Positions 50,601 to 64,000 of a stretch of 64,000 nt of DNA are shown here, in pieces. The number at the start of each line of letters is the position of its first letter. Position 1 is the first letter of the stretch. The stretch is from the NCBI GenBank assembly GCA_001642005.1, contig LWCA01000014.1:23421-87420 (forward strand), written 5' to 3'. The notes below the pieces were generated by a model that was not told the DNA's origin, did no database searches, and saw only the letters and a list, made by a program, of their open reading frames with translations. Source of the stretch: Intoshia linei. Its lineage: Eukaryota; Animalia; Orthonectida. The translations under genes were made by a program, and so were the position numbers.

Positions 50601-53600
50601 ATCTAAATCAGTTGAAAAATCCAACTTTTCAATCATGGAAATATCTTCTCACATTAAATTTTCATCCTATTATTCAAAAATTAAATCTGTTCAGACACTT
50701 CGAGTGGATATTATAAAAAAGTTTTTAGTCCAATTTTATGCAAAACAAGGGATCGAAGCAAAAAACTCTTTACATAATGTTATTAATCTCATTTCTTTTG
50801 AATATTTGAGAAATATGATTTTTGTCAGTAATATATTTTAATCGTTAAAATGAATGATATTTTTAAATTAGGTTTAATTGAACATTGTGATAGGGAACAT
50901 TGCGTGTTGGATACAAACAGATTCATTATTTTGTCCAAATTATTGAAAGCCATAATTGAAGCTGAAGAAGCAAGAAATCATACTGGAATTTTACACCAAG
51001 TCATTGAAATTTCAGATAAATATTATAGGGTACAATAATATAAAACATTTTTTATATTTATAAATTCACCTAGAAAGTTGGTGACAATAAATGTGAATAT
51101 ATTATTACTTCTTTGCAAAATTATCCACTGTGGTCATCATATAATTTTTGGGAGTCTTATTTTTATACATTTATTAGTGATAGACTTTATGATTTTTACA
51201 TGGAAGGCGGTGTGAATGTTGATGACGGATACATTGAACTAGGAAAGGTATACAAGAATTTTTAGCGTATACTCATTTTTAGAAACCAACAAAGCAAATG
51301 AAATTTTTAGACACTATCGTAACAGATTCAATTTCCATCAAAAGTGAAGAAAATAAAAATAATTCCAACAATGAACGTTCAAATTCAACCGCTTCTTCTA
51401 AGTGTAAATTGGAAAATTACTTGAACAGCATGAAAACTGAATACGTCAAAAATTTGAGCCTACTCAACATTTTGGCGTACATTGAAGTTTTTATTAATAT
51501 GATAATATTATCTATTTATTAGATCAATACTGATAAAATACCACCTAAATGGAAAAAACGTTATGAAAATAATGAGGATGATATCATTTTTTCATATTTA
51601 ATGATTTTTGTTCAAACAATGGTTAGAATGTTGGTTGTGGAATTGGAAATTAAAATTGAAGATAAAATTAAAAATTCGTCTAATGACCCTGATCAAGACA
51701 ATGATAATTTATCAGAAGATGAAGTAGAGGTTATTTTATTTGAAGATTTGAGTTTAAAAATATTTGTAGTATACATTTTATATATAAAATTGGAATTGTC
51801 ACAATTTATCTTTAAATCTTTGATTTTAAAAAATAATTATTTATCGAGCATTTTAGTCTTTGGATCCAAATGATAAAGTCGTAGCAAATTTGATATATAA
51901 TTTTATTGATAATGTGTCTTCCAATTTGTTGATGGAAATGGAACAAGTAAGGAAGACGAGAAGTTTAGTTACAAGTAATAATATATTTTAAAAATATATT
52001 TTCGTCAAGGGAAGTTTTTTTGACCTAGTTTTTAAAGATTTTGAAGATCCCATAAAATTTTAAAAATATTCCATTCAAAACTCTACAAAATTTTGGTCAT
52101 TGTCATTAAAGAAACTTTGAAGAAACCACAAAAATATTATCAAAAAATAAATATTATGATTACAAAATCGATGATTATATTGCTCTAAAAATACATCCCT
52201 CAACTAAATGTTCGCCATTTCCCTGTATAAATAATTTACAATGAAATTTTTTTTAATTTTAAATGCAAAAATTTCAAAGATCTTTAGGTAAAATCATCTA
52301 AATGAACGTTAACAGTGGTCGTTGATATCTTACCAATAAATCTGGCACTAATCTTTTTAATTTAGACAATATTATTCTGCAAAGAAGAGTGGTCAATTCT
52401 TTAAGTTTGCTTAAATCAACTTTACCACCTGTTGATTTTGTAATTTTTATTGTTAATTATATTTCTTTACGGTTGATTATAAATGTAGCCCGATGTGATA
52501 ATGCCACCTTTATGTATGGGAGAAACAACAATTACGAGCGAATTTAGATGTATTTTATTGTCAAATGGACAGGATGATTCTTATTTACCGGCTCAGGGAG
52601 CTTTGTATTCTACAAATCTAAATTTGATATTTCATGGATATTCCATTGGTACTTAAAAATAAATTAACGTGCAAAATTGGGATTTAGAATCAGATATTCC
52701 TATTTATAAAGCACTTCCATTTCCTTTGAATGTAAAGAAAATGAATAAAATGGTTTTTTCTGAACTATATGGAAAAGGCTTTGAAACGCCTCAGAAAAAA
52801 ATAATTAAATCTGCTATTTGTATTACCTCCGTTACTTCTCAGGTATGAATATTAATTATTTGTTTAATTATATAGTTTATGGATCTTTGCTCCGATACAT
52901 ATGATTCAAATATTGAAAGCTACACCCAAAGAGTAACAAAACAAGTTGAATTATCGGGTGTTCACATGTATAAAAAAAAATTGACTACTGAATGTGAAAA
53001 AAAAATTGCCGAATCCACTATACGCCATTTTGAATCTATCATGTATATCTTTCATCCATTAAAGAGTGTATTCAACTTTTACAAATTGATAATATCTGTG
53101 AAACTATATTTTTCCCTTTCAGTGTTTTTCAAAATTAATCCTTTACTCTCTTTTTTGAATGATAAAAATAATTTCTCAGTGTATTTTATTGTATACTAGC
53201 TTGGCTGTTATGTACTTTGTACAATTAGCGGCTAGCTCTGCCGAGGGCGAACTTTTTTTATTCTACCAAAAAAGAAAATCTTACGTAAAAATGGTACTAT
53301 TAAGTATAGTAATAGCTATTAATATCCTTTAACGGAGTGATTCCCAAGCCTGTTTCACCATGACTGATTATTTCACATTAAGTAAAGCGACCAGAAGTAC
53401 GTTTTTTTGGAAAAACCGAAAAACTTACTAAATACGTACTAAATTAAGTTATGATATATGATTCTAATTTATATATCTAATTATGATTAAATCATTTCAA
53501 CAAACAACTATATGAGTATTTCCTCCTAACACATGTCTGAATTACATTATTTTTAACTAATTACTTTATATACACAAAAAAATGATCAATTCAATGTATT

Positions 53601-56600
53601 ATATACAGATTATAGTTGAGATTATCACAAAATAATAATTTCTTTTACAGATACTTCATCTGGCGAAATAAGTAACGGGATTGGATTCGTTTTTATATTG
53701 ATTCTGGTGAGTTCATTAAGTGAGGTGTGCCTGTGAATTAAATTATAAGTTATATATAATATATATTTAGACCAATGTCAGTTTTAGGAGATGGTTACGT
53801 TTTACCTCAAAGTAAGATTTTTCTTAACTTTTATATTAAAATCAGTCCCGTGTAAATTGCCCATATCCTACCTCCACGTTTCCACAGTATTTTTTGAAAA
53901 ATCGCCCTCTTTAAAATTATAATTATATTTTGCAAAAATGAAAATAATTGACACTATCAATTTTTGTTATTTAGATTAAAAGTACATCCGTTTTTTTAAA
54001 CCTATACGCCCAGGCATCTGTCAAAATATATGTGAGTCCAGTGGAAAATGATGTACTGTGGTATAATTTGGCCTGTAGACTTGCCCGTAAATCAGTAGTG
54101 GAATGTCTTATTAAATCTTTATATTACCTTTTTTCAACCGGTACGCCCATAAAATTTTATGAAATTATATAAATGCTCAAAATGGAAAAATAGCTGTATA
54201 CTATTTACTTAGGGTAGGTTGCTTAATATTTACTATTTATTTTTTTTTGTGTGGCAAAATTTTTTAAATAACTTCCAAATCACAATAATAAATAAAATGT
54301 TGAAAGACACTATATTATACATGTAAAGTACATCAGCGAACGGTGGGTATCCAATTTATACATTAAACATGTTGTCGCGAACTGCTGTACATATAGTACT
54401 ATAGTTTATCAATGTAGGAAATGTTCTATTAGATAGATATTTTTATAGCAGCGATAATTAATTGTTAGTTATAAAAATTTAAAAATCATCCCGTAGAGAA
54501 TCATCGCTCTATCTGACCATAACGTAAACAGACAACATAACACGGAGATATTTTTAAAATTATTTTTATTTTTCTAAATTTTTATTATTAATCTGTTAAT
54601 GATATTTTGTTAATAATATTAGCTTTATATTTCATGTGGTGTAATAATATTTATACACTTATACTAATACACTATCGTAATGTTAATTTTTTGAAAATAA
54701 ATCGCTAACTTGATTTAAAAAATCGTTAACTTGAAATTAAAATCCTTTAATTATTAATAATAATAATAATGTTCGTTAAACGATTCATTTACACTTAGAC
54801 TACATTTTAACATTAGGTTACTTACTTTATTTTAGATATGAAAATGGAGGATAAATTGACTTTGTGGGTTACTTATGAAATAGGACATATTAATTCTAAA
54901 TCTTGCAAAAATATGCTAACTATTTTAACTTGTGATGATTCCATGTTTAAAACTAAAGATTATCCTACAACAGGTTTATTTTATTTTATTTCTTAAGTAA
55001 GGTCTATCAAAATATTCCATTAATTATGATTAGTATTTTAAACTTTTAAAACTTCATTATCTCGTCTTAGAGTTATAAACAGGGGTGATACCAGCAATGC
55101 TGTATTTTGCTGTACATTTTTACAGCAATATTTTAAAATCAAAATCGTGTAATTATCATCTCACTTCCTTAAAAAAAGCACCTTAGAATTCATAAAATAT
55201 TATTAAGTAATTGATAAACTAATATGACTGATTATTGTTTCTAGAAAACCCCCTGTTGCCATTTCCTCTATATACCAACCAATCAAAAAAATGTTTTCCC
55301 AATATTCCAACAATTGATAAATAAGTTATAACCGCTGTGGCTTCCCATCATATACTTCGATTTTCTGTAGTTGAGGATCCCATATTTCAGTGGGCATATC
55401 CAACCTCATGCAAATCGAGATTCAATATAGCCTCAAGAGTTAAATCGATGGCTAAGAAATTAAGAGAGTCAGTTGAGGAACGATTAAATTGAACATCTGT
55501 AAACGTTATAATGGATGGATGGAAAAACAATGTTACCAGATTACACCATCCCTATTATATCTACATATATATGTATATCAAAAGTATTGTGGTAAATGAG
55601 CAGAATTCAGAAAGCATTTTTATTTCATTAGATTGTCTTATAAAACAATTGAAAGATATGAATTGCAAGATAATTGGTTGTGTATCTGACAATGCTTCAA
55701 ATATGATAAAATGTATGGAACTAATGTCGATTAAATATCCGGATATAATACCGATACTACATGTATATCGGAACATATGTTGAATCTATTGGTAGGCGAT
55801 ATATTGAAAAAGATCGATATCGTAAATATTACTTTTCAAAAACTTGAAAGTTACATTGAGAGTGGAACTTTGCCACGGTATGTCATAACTAGATGGAATT
55901 CAAATTATGATGTAATAAAGAAAGCAATACAAATGAAAATAGGTTCAGAATCACTTATGTTAAATTTACAAAAAATTAATATAATTTTAAAAAACATATC
56001 AATAAATATTGATATAATTCAAAAAGATGACTCAAATATAATTCATTTGATTAAATGCATAAAAAACTATTAGACTCTTGGTTAAAAGATTTACCTGAAG
56101 TGGTAGATAGTGATACAATTGATAAACTAAAAGAAATTTGGAGTTACAGATGGAATATAATCACTACAAGTAATTTAGGAAAAATTTTATTTCATTTATT
56201 ATTTTTCTTCTCAATTTATCAGGATAGGCTCACATCCAATAAAAGTACTGAATATTGTTTCAAGGGTTGGGCCCATAAAATATTACCTGAAAGTAAAATT
56301 ACAATGTTCGAAGAAGAGTTTAATGAAATTTTGAATTCAAATACATTTGAAATGAAAATTGATATTGATTGTTTTCCTATTCATACTATACTGAAAAATG
56401 TTTTAATGAAATTAACAGTAAGCGAAGCGGCTGTAGAAAGATGCTTTTCGCAACACAGAAATATTTACTCAAATGTTAGAAACAGCCTATTTGAATCAAC
56501 ACTGAATGATTCTTTATACATAAGATATAATTGGAAGCATATATTATAAATTATAATGTTAATATTTAATTTATTTTTCTCTGCCAAAGAATAAATAAAT

Positions 56601-59600
56601 AATAATATTTTTGTTTTGTTACGAAGTGATGACAAATTTTGAAAAATAGAATTAATTTACAAAATTAATAAAAAATTACTTATACTAATTTTTGAAGGGT
56701 GAACCCAATGAGTATTATTCCTAGATTTTCATTTGATTAACGACACATTATTTACTAACAAAAATTTTAAGTACATATAATTAACACTTATTAATGAACC
56801 TATAATTTTTTTTTAAATCTTATGCTGGAAAAACAGCCTTGCTGTACCGGTACAGCAGCCGCTGTTGCTGTTACCAGCAATTCCACACAGCCCTGGTTTT
56901 AAATAACTCATTTGTACCATTGAAAAATGGTTTTAATTTTCCTAATTTTTTAGACCCCTCGAAATTGAAAAAAATAAACTCTGTCAATGCAATTAAATGT
57001 CTTTATATAAAAAATTATATTAATTCAGCGTACACGCATGTAACTATAAACTAATATTACAAATATCTTATTTTATGAGCTTTAATATTGTTTATTATAA
57101 TATACATATAAAATACTAAAAATGCCAATCCAGTTTCAGAAATACCACGACAAAATTAAACATTTTAGTAATTATAACTTGGATTTTGCAGCTTTTTACG
57201 ATTTAAATAAATGTATGGAATGTTAATTATATTAGTTAATAAGATTTATAGAAATTATATAAATTTTAGTAATGGTGCCTGCTAATATAAACATTGAAAC
57301 ATATGATCAAACTAAATCAGGATTTATCGATAATAGGTTTTTATCTTAATTAAAACAATGAATGATTTTAATTAAATTTCACAAGAATTCTCGTTCAGGA
57401 AAAAATTAAATATCCATTTTTAATTTATTTTTAATGATAACTTTTAATCTTATTTTATATAATTTATTTTTAGTTTAATAGAAATGGTTGACTAATATTT
57501 AGTTAAATCAGTGGTTCCCGATTGGGGGCCGTGAGATTCAAATAAAATATGAAAATTTTTTTTATCTACTTTTCTTTATATTTATAGGAAAATTTTTAAT
57601 ATTTTTTACAGAATTGCCAGATGTTTAGAATTTATCCCAAAGCCTATACGACGGTTACATTATTATTTCAAAAACTTCACTTTTATTCCACCATTAATAA
57701 AATTTACAGTGCCATAAGTGTTTATAAAAAATACCGTTTTAAACACTCAGGAAAACATTTATTTAATCCAACCACAATATAAAAAATTTAATTTTACCAA
57801 CCCTTAAGGAAAAAATCGCTTTTTTCCAATATTTTTTTGAAAAACGATTTTACCAAATTTTATGTGAAAAAACCTTTAATTTGTCATAAATTTTTTATAT
57901 TTCATGTTCTTTTGGGGTCCAAAAAAATAAATATTTTGAAATGGTGGTGCATGCACTATTTTAATCGGGAACCATTGAGTTATAGTAAACTAGAAATTAA
58001 ACCCACTTCATATGCTTATCTAGTTTATTCAAAATAATATTATATTTATCATGTTTCTTAATTTTAGATTACCTATAGCCAGATGGTACGGAGAAGAGTA
58101 TAATTCAATTTTGTTTAGAGCTGCAAGTTTCAATAAAAACATAGGTTAAAATTGAAAAATATTATAAATAAAATGTAATTTCAGATACCTCTATGTTATC
58201 ACAGATAATTACAATATATTTTCAACAATTTATAAAAACTTGTGGGAGTACAGATAAAATATTTGATTTGGAAAAAGATAAAGGAAAGTCCAAAGTATCA
58301 AATGCCGCATCTTATATGGCTAGTTGTAATTAAATAATCTAAATGAGAATCTAAAAAAGTTTCTTTTAGCTTTTCATAAATCTAAAAAAACAAAAAAGAG
58401 TTACGTGAGTGCAAACGGAGACAATGATGTCATCTCTGTAATATTTTTTTTAAATTACAAATAATTATATATAGACTTACTTATTTAATGATACATTCTC
58501 ATACAAATCAAGTTTGGCTACAAATCTATGTAAAGATTTATGTCCAATTGAATTATCTTACATTTCAAAAAAAGAATTGGCAGAACGATACAAAAATTTT
58601 ATGAAACTTATAAAAATGGCAAATGAAATTGTAGATGAAAAAAATAATTTTTATTCCAAATTACACAATTCTAAATGGATTCATATGGTTTATTGTACAT
58701 TTTTGTAATTTCTATTTTTGTTTAGATTGTTGATTTACTGACAAATACCATGACCGTTGTTCACGTTTTAACAGAAATGGAAAAGAATGCCGTGATTGCA
58801 ATGGGAAACGGAAAAGATTATTGCAGTGTGGTATGATTAATATGAATGCTATTTTTTTCATTACCGTATTTAGTTATCATCTTTGGTTAAAATATGTCTC
58901 GATCCTTTTTATCGAACATTGGAAGGAATCGAATATTTAATTATGAATGAATGGGTTTCCTTTGGTTATTCATTCTACACTAAATGTGTTGATATTACAT
59001 CCATTTATTTTATATATTTTATGGATGCTCTTAGTCAGGTAATATGCACTTTTATATTATTTTATGATATTTTAGCTTTTGTACCAATTTCCATTATCTT
59101 TTGAATTTAATAACTTTTTTTTGTGTCATCTTTGTTACAATACACTCTCCGGTCGATTTGCAGAATTTACCGTTAATAGTGATTCATCTAGTAAAGATAA
59201 TAATATGGATTCTTATTGGCATTTTATCAAAGATAATGGAATATTATTAGAAAAATTTAAGAATCTTTACTACTCTCATAATCTTGGATCAAAAGTATTT
59301 TTATTATTTATATTAAAATTTATTAATTTAAACGTTTCTTCTAGATTTTACAGGTCAGATTGAAAAATTATGAAATGAAAATTTGGAATTTTTATAAATC
59401 TAATCCACTATCGGGACCTATATATAACAAGGAGGTATACATCAGAAAACAATCAACTAACCAAAAATCTAAAGAAGACTATTTAAACATGGAATACACA
59501 TATGTTAATCCTTATTATCACAATATGCAATTGGAGTGTGTTGATATATTCTATACTTTGGGGTTGTATCTGGGCGAAAAGAATCAGACTAGTGTCAACC

Positions 59601-60575
59601 TCACAAAAACCAAATGTAACGATAAATCACCAATCAACGACATCAGTTTTCAAGATCAAAGATACCACTTTAAATATTTATTATCCAAAGAAGTAATCAG
59701 ATCTATTCACACACGATTTAATGCTAACATGTCCGGAAAAATAATTCATTCATTGATTTCATCTTCATCAATCAAACATAACCAGAATTTTTATGATAAA
59801 CTTTCATCATCAGTATCATCAGAGCATAATATTCATATATTCTCTCATAATACCGGGATAACGTCACTGAAATGCTGTTATTGTCATAAAACCTTAGTTT
59901 CAAAAAACGGATGTAATTTTTATATATTTTTATTTTACATCTTATATAATTATAATTATTTTTTTATCTATTAAACTCCATTAAGATGAAAAATGTAAAA
60001 TTTGCAAAGTCGGAATCCATGAAAAATGTAAAGAATTTTATTCTCTCAAATGCGAAATTTCAGACGATGAACGATTGGATGAAATATCTATGAGTGCAAG
60101 TATGAAGGGTTCAGAATTTGAATCAGGTACAAGTAAAACTTTAAATTATATTTTATAATCCATTTAGATAACATTATTAAAAGCGGGTATTTAGAAAAAA
60201 AGAGTCCATTTATCAAGTCTTGGAAAAGTAGATGGTAATTTGTAATAATTTAAAAATAAAAGGTATACGTAGGGTACAAATAAATGATAAACAAGAAAAG
60301 GTTTGAAAATCCATTCCATTTAAGTAATCGTATTTAGATATTTATTAGGAAAAATAAAACTGAATCCTGGATATCAGCAAAGATTGAATTAAAAAATATG
60401 TCCTCAGTCTATATTAAAACAGATAAACCCAATATATTCGAAGTACTTTAATTTTTTTGAATTGCCAACATTTTCAATATTTTAGTTGATTGGATTAAAC
60501 GAAAGTTATCAATTTCGAGCTGCAAATGAAAAAGAGGCAAATGAATGGCTTTCTTGTATACAAAAGTTTATTTAA
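44684..60575 (+). CDS. SBF: SET-binding factor / myotubularin-related pseudophosphatase (DENN - SBF2 - GRAM - inactive MTM - C1 - PH)
   Basis: N-terminus MSHRLLNYIVVC; DENN motifs FFTTTLTDADGRHSY, LYPLKYCNIFVPIIP...NAPSPFIIGIH, LFNGYREFL; GRAM LPAQGALYSTNLNLIFHG; MTM SLVKICLDPFYRTLEG..LIMNEWVSFG, QFPLSFEFNNFFL; C1 HIFSH...CCYCHK...CKICKVGIHEKC; PH GYLEKKSPFIKSWKSRW...EANEWLSCIQ. Confidence 0.92.
47732..48463. mobile_element. hAT-type MITE in SBF intron
   Basis: TIR TAGTGATT / AATCACTA, perfect TSD CTTGCAAT, subterminal CCCGGGAA motifs. Confidence 0.85.
55080..56895 (+). mobile_element. Decayed hAT (Ac/hobo-type) transposon with frameshifted transposase, in SBF intron
   Basis: CAGGG...CCCTG termini, TSD GTTATAAA / GTTTTAAA, subterminal GCTG/CAGC repeats. 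ORF pieces MDGWKN, VSDNASNM, ITRWNS, VSEAAVERCFS..RNSL lie in different frames (55511-56549). Confidence 0.92.
57509..57977. mobile_element. hAT-type MITE in SBF intron
   Basis: TIRs CAGTGGTTCCCGATT / AATCGGGAACCATTG, imperfect TSD AGTTAAAT / AGTTATAG. Confidence 0.8.
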
Positions 60576-60594
60576 CCAACTAATAAATGTAATA

Positions 60595-61435
60595 CTAATA
60601 ACTTATTACAACTGGAAAATTAATGGTACCTATTGATTTTTCTTTGTGCATTATTTCAATCTGAATTTGTTTTTTAATTTAAAAAAATTAAACCTCAAAA
60701 AAATCATTGCATTTTATTTCATCAAAATGGTTTGGGGTGGTTGAAGGATGATCTTTAACCACTAAAACTTCAATTCCGTTTTTAGATTCATTTTTCCGGA
60801 TGGTCATGGCTAAATATTTTAAATAGTTTATTATTTATTATACAGAATCATTCATTATTTTTTAATTTAACCCAAACAAATTTTTTCTTAAAATCAACTC
60901 ATTATGATATTTATTCAGAGACAATATTTTTAAATTGGGCCATGTTATCGATGATTCTATATTTTGGGAATTGAAACCTGCAACAGACTGTTTTTAATTA
61001 TTTGTTGTTTAACTTAACTAAGATAATGAAAAAATGTTTGTACATATTTCTAGCCCGATTTACATATTTTGCTACTTTAAATGGTTCTAGATTTCCCTGA
61101 ACAACCTTTATTAAATCTTATTCTAAGGGTTTAATGCTAAGGTTAACGAATATACTAGTAAAATTAGGAATTTTATTTTCTTTTCAATTTATATAAAAGT
61201 TAAGAACCTTTTTATATAATGTAGATGTGTTTAGAAGGATTAGTATTACTTTACCTTTACTAGATTGTAAAATTTTCTTTTCATTGATTGTATTGGACTT
61301 GTCTGAAAATGACCAATACCTTACCAAGACAAATTTTACGTCATAACATGATCCAGATTGATTATCGTAGTCAAAATTGACATTTTTAACTTGATTTATC
61401 ATTATTAATGCATCTTCCAAATCAGCAGAAAACAT
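60595..61435 (-). CDS. Poorly resolved spliced gene or pseudogene, beta-rich (possibly C2-like); may extend to ~62587
   Basis: Terminal exons ~60694-60809 and 60595-60660 (…NDFFE|IEIMHKEKSIGTINFPVVISY*) have canonical splice sites, and ORF 61184-61435 looks coding. A continuous frame upstream could not be built. Confidence 0.35.
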
Positions 61436-62594
61436 AAATTTCGAACAACAAGTAACGTTTTTGATAAATGATAATTTTTCATTTTGGAGGTGCTAAAGAT
61501 ATTAAGATTTTATATTCTTAGGTTTATCTTTAATATAATTATCAGTTTTATGAAAATAAATAAATGATTCTCATTCGTTATATAGATTTACGAAAATTTT
61601 GTCTATTTATTTAATATCTCGAAAGGGACTACATATAGAAATATGCAGCTTTTATAAGTTTATACTTTAATAAGATACTAAAATTGACGGTTAATTGAAT
61701 GATATTATATTAAAATTGGCAGACAGATGAAATAGACGAATTGGGTCAATAACTAAAAAAGCGTTTTGAAGGAGATTTATTTTTTATTAATTTTAGCGAC
61801 AGAAACTCAAATGTGAATTTCTTTATTTCGATTTATAAAAAATTTATAAAGTTTTTTTTTCCTCAAGAATATACTTGAATTTTGTATGCCTTTTAGATGT
61901 AGAACATTTTTGGTTAAATTTTAACATACAAAGAGATTTATACACATTATAGGATTGGCAATTACTGAAATAAATTGATATAAAATTAAATGGTGAAATT
62001 CTACTTAAAATATCATAATTTTGAACTTACAGAAGCATCATCCATATAAGTTATGATATCAACGGGGTGAGTGTCTTTGTGATTGTCTCTGGTGTCATTG
62101 ACACGCAATTGTAAATAATAAAAAATGTATACGTTATCACTAGTATATGATGTATATAATCTAAAAGTACATGTATAGTTTTATTAGTATTTTACAAGTC
62201 TGGGCCCAGAGAAATAGAAAATGCTAAAAAATTAGTACCAGATTTCATAGGGTAACTTTCTAAAAGTAAAAATTAAGTGAATGATGAATAAAAATACACA
62301 AATCCAATCAGTTCTAAACTGAAAGTGTAAATAATATCTCATTTAATTTAAACACATTGGAAAGTTTCAAATAAGAACCTCATACAGTGCCAAACCTACC
62401 GTATCGAGCCTCTTAGGGTGCAATGACGAAATTCTTTATAAGTGGGCCCAAATTTTTCCAAATTGAACATTAAAAATGTACATTTTACGATATCATATTC
62501 ATAATTATTTTCTGTGTTAAATTGAAATCTTAAGTCAAAATCATTAGAGGTGGATTGTGGAACATGATTGTCCATATGTCTGATCAATATACAT

Positions 62595-64000
62595 CAGGAC
62601 TGGCCAACTTGATTTTTTAGAGATCGACTGTATATTTTTTGAAATACTAGCGATCGGCTATACTGAAATTTAATAAGTAATAGGACATTATAATATAAAT
62701 TGAAAAATAGTAAAATTTTATTATATAAATTAAATACACTTCATAGTTAAAAACAATTTAAATGTTTCGTTGCATTACTAAAATATTTACTTTTAATCAT
62801 TAATGAGAGGGTTTTATTTTTGTGTCTGTAACGTTGTATACTAACATCTGTATAACGAAGTTATATTTTACATATTTCTTTATTTACTATTCTAAACGTC
62901 CTTGAAAGATTACTAATACTTAGAAATATTTAATTGTTAATTAAAGATTTATAATATTCTTCAAGACTTTACAGTGTCATTTACTAATTTATTAAAATTA
63001 GGAGTATAATTTGACAAAGATAATTTCATTAAATTTTTCAATTTTTTATCATTAAGGGACGCCCGATTTTTCCATTTTATTGAATTCATTACAGAAAACG
63101 CTGATTCGCATAAGTATGTCGAACCAAAACATAATTGAACATATTCTGAACACATCTTAATTATATTGTATTTCTCTTTGGATACATATTTCCAGAAATC
63201 GTTATCCATAGCATGAGCCCTTAAGAATAAATCAGATTTCAATGATACAATTTTCAATTCTGTTTCATCGCAATCAAAATCAAATAACTGATTTTTTTTG
63301 ACATATAACTTGTATTTAAGTCAAATTTGAAAGGATTAATTAAATATTTTAATGTCTTTTATTTTCTAAAAATCACTGAATCTGCTGTTGAAATCTTCTT
63401 AAACAATTTTTATTTCAATAATAATAATAATAACATCAGGGGTATTTTTACAAAAATTGGTGATATTCGGAAAATATTTATATTTTTTTTGATTGAGATC
63501 ATTAATTATTAAATGAATTGTGTTTTTAAAAGATTTAATACTACTTATTATATCTGGTAACGTTTTATTTTTCCCTTGTAAATCTAGATTCAACATAGTC
63601 AATCTTTCCGTAAAATCAGCTAAAAACGATAATTCACATAGCCATTATTTATCATAGAATTCTGCATAATTGTCATTCCGATTTCAAAGAAATATTTTAA
63701 TATCGTCTAATAAAATTATAAATATTTCCAAAAATACACTTCTGCTAAGCCATCTTACGTTTGTGTGTAAAACTAATTCACGGTTTTCTTCAGATTGACT
63801 TTAGAAAAGACGCTTTTGAAGTGCTTTAGCCCTGATGGAATTAGCAATTTTAAAAGTAATATCCATAATTATGTTTGGATTTAACCTTTTACTACATAAA
63901 ACTGATAATTTAAAAAATATGGAAAATCATCATCGTTTTTGCATAGTCCAATAAATCCGCTTTTACTACCAACCATAGATTTTGCACCATCTGTCGTAAT
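62595..64000 (-). mobile_element. Decayed hAT transposon (GTF2IRD2/SPIN-Buster-like), truncated by the window edge
   Basis: Terminus CAGGACTGGCCAAC. Minus-strand transposase pieces TTDGAKSMVG, HTNVRWLSR, LNLDLQGK, FGSTYLCESAFSVMNSIK..RASLND with frameshifts. Confidence 0.92.

Overview
Very AT-rich (roughly three-quarters A+T or more, judged by eye), gene-dense eukaryotic (metazoan) DNA. Introns are mostly tiny (about 30-55 nt), and the few long ones are filled with DNA-transposon debris. This style fits a reduced invertebrate genome such as the orthonectid Intoshia, but that is inference only. Hand-spliced genes in order: BRF1 last exon (+), zinc-finger-like orphan (-), UQCRH (+), CUB-LDLa membrane protein (-), Aurora kinase (+), ZCCHC10 (-), Spinster (+), HES/hairy (-), CCDC180-like (+), small orphan type-I membrane protein (-), UTP15 (-), TRIM37-like RING-Bbox-coiled-coil (+), SBF/MTMR5-13 (+), and a poorly resolved gene (-). 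There are two identical tRNA-Asp(GTC) genes, decayed hAT transposons, many hAT MITEs, single piggyBac- and pogo-type MITEs, and a non-autonomous Helitron family. The most striking feature is architectural. Genes alternate strands and convergent stop codons are only 19-70 bp apart, and one pair interlocks in a single TTAA. Poly(A) hexamers sit on or just after the stops, implying ultra-short or antisense-overlapping 3' ends. Other leads are a possible -1 frameshift (or assembly error) in the CUB-LDLa gene, a 54-bp tandem gap suggestive of operon/trans-splicing, and structured islands in first introns that may be H/ACA RNAs. No prokaryotic-type system (CRISPR etc.) is visible. All exon models were made by hand and are unverified.
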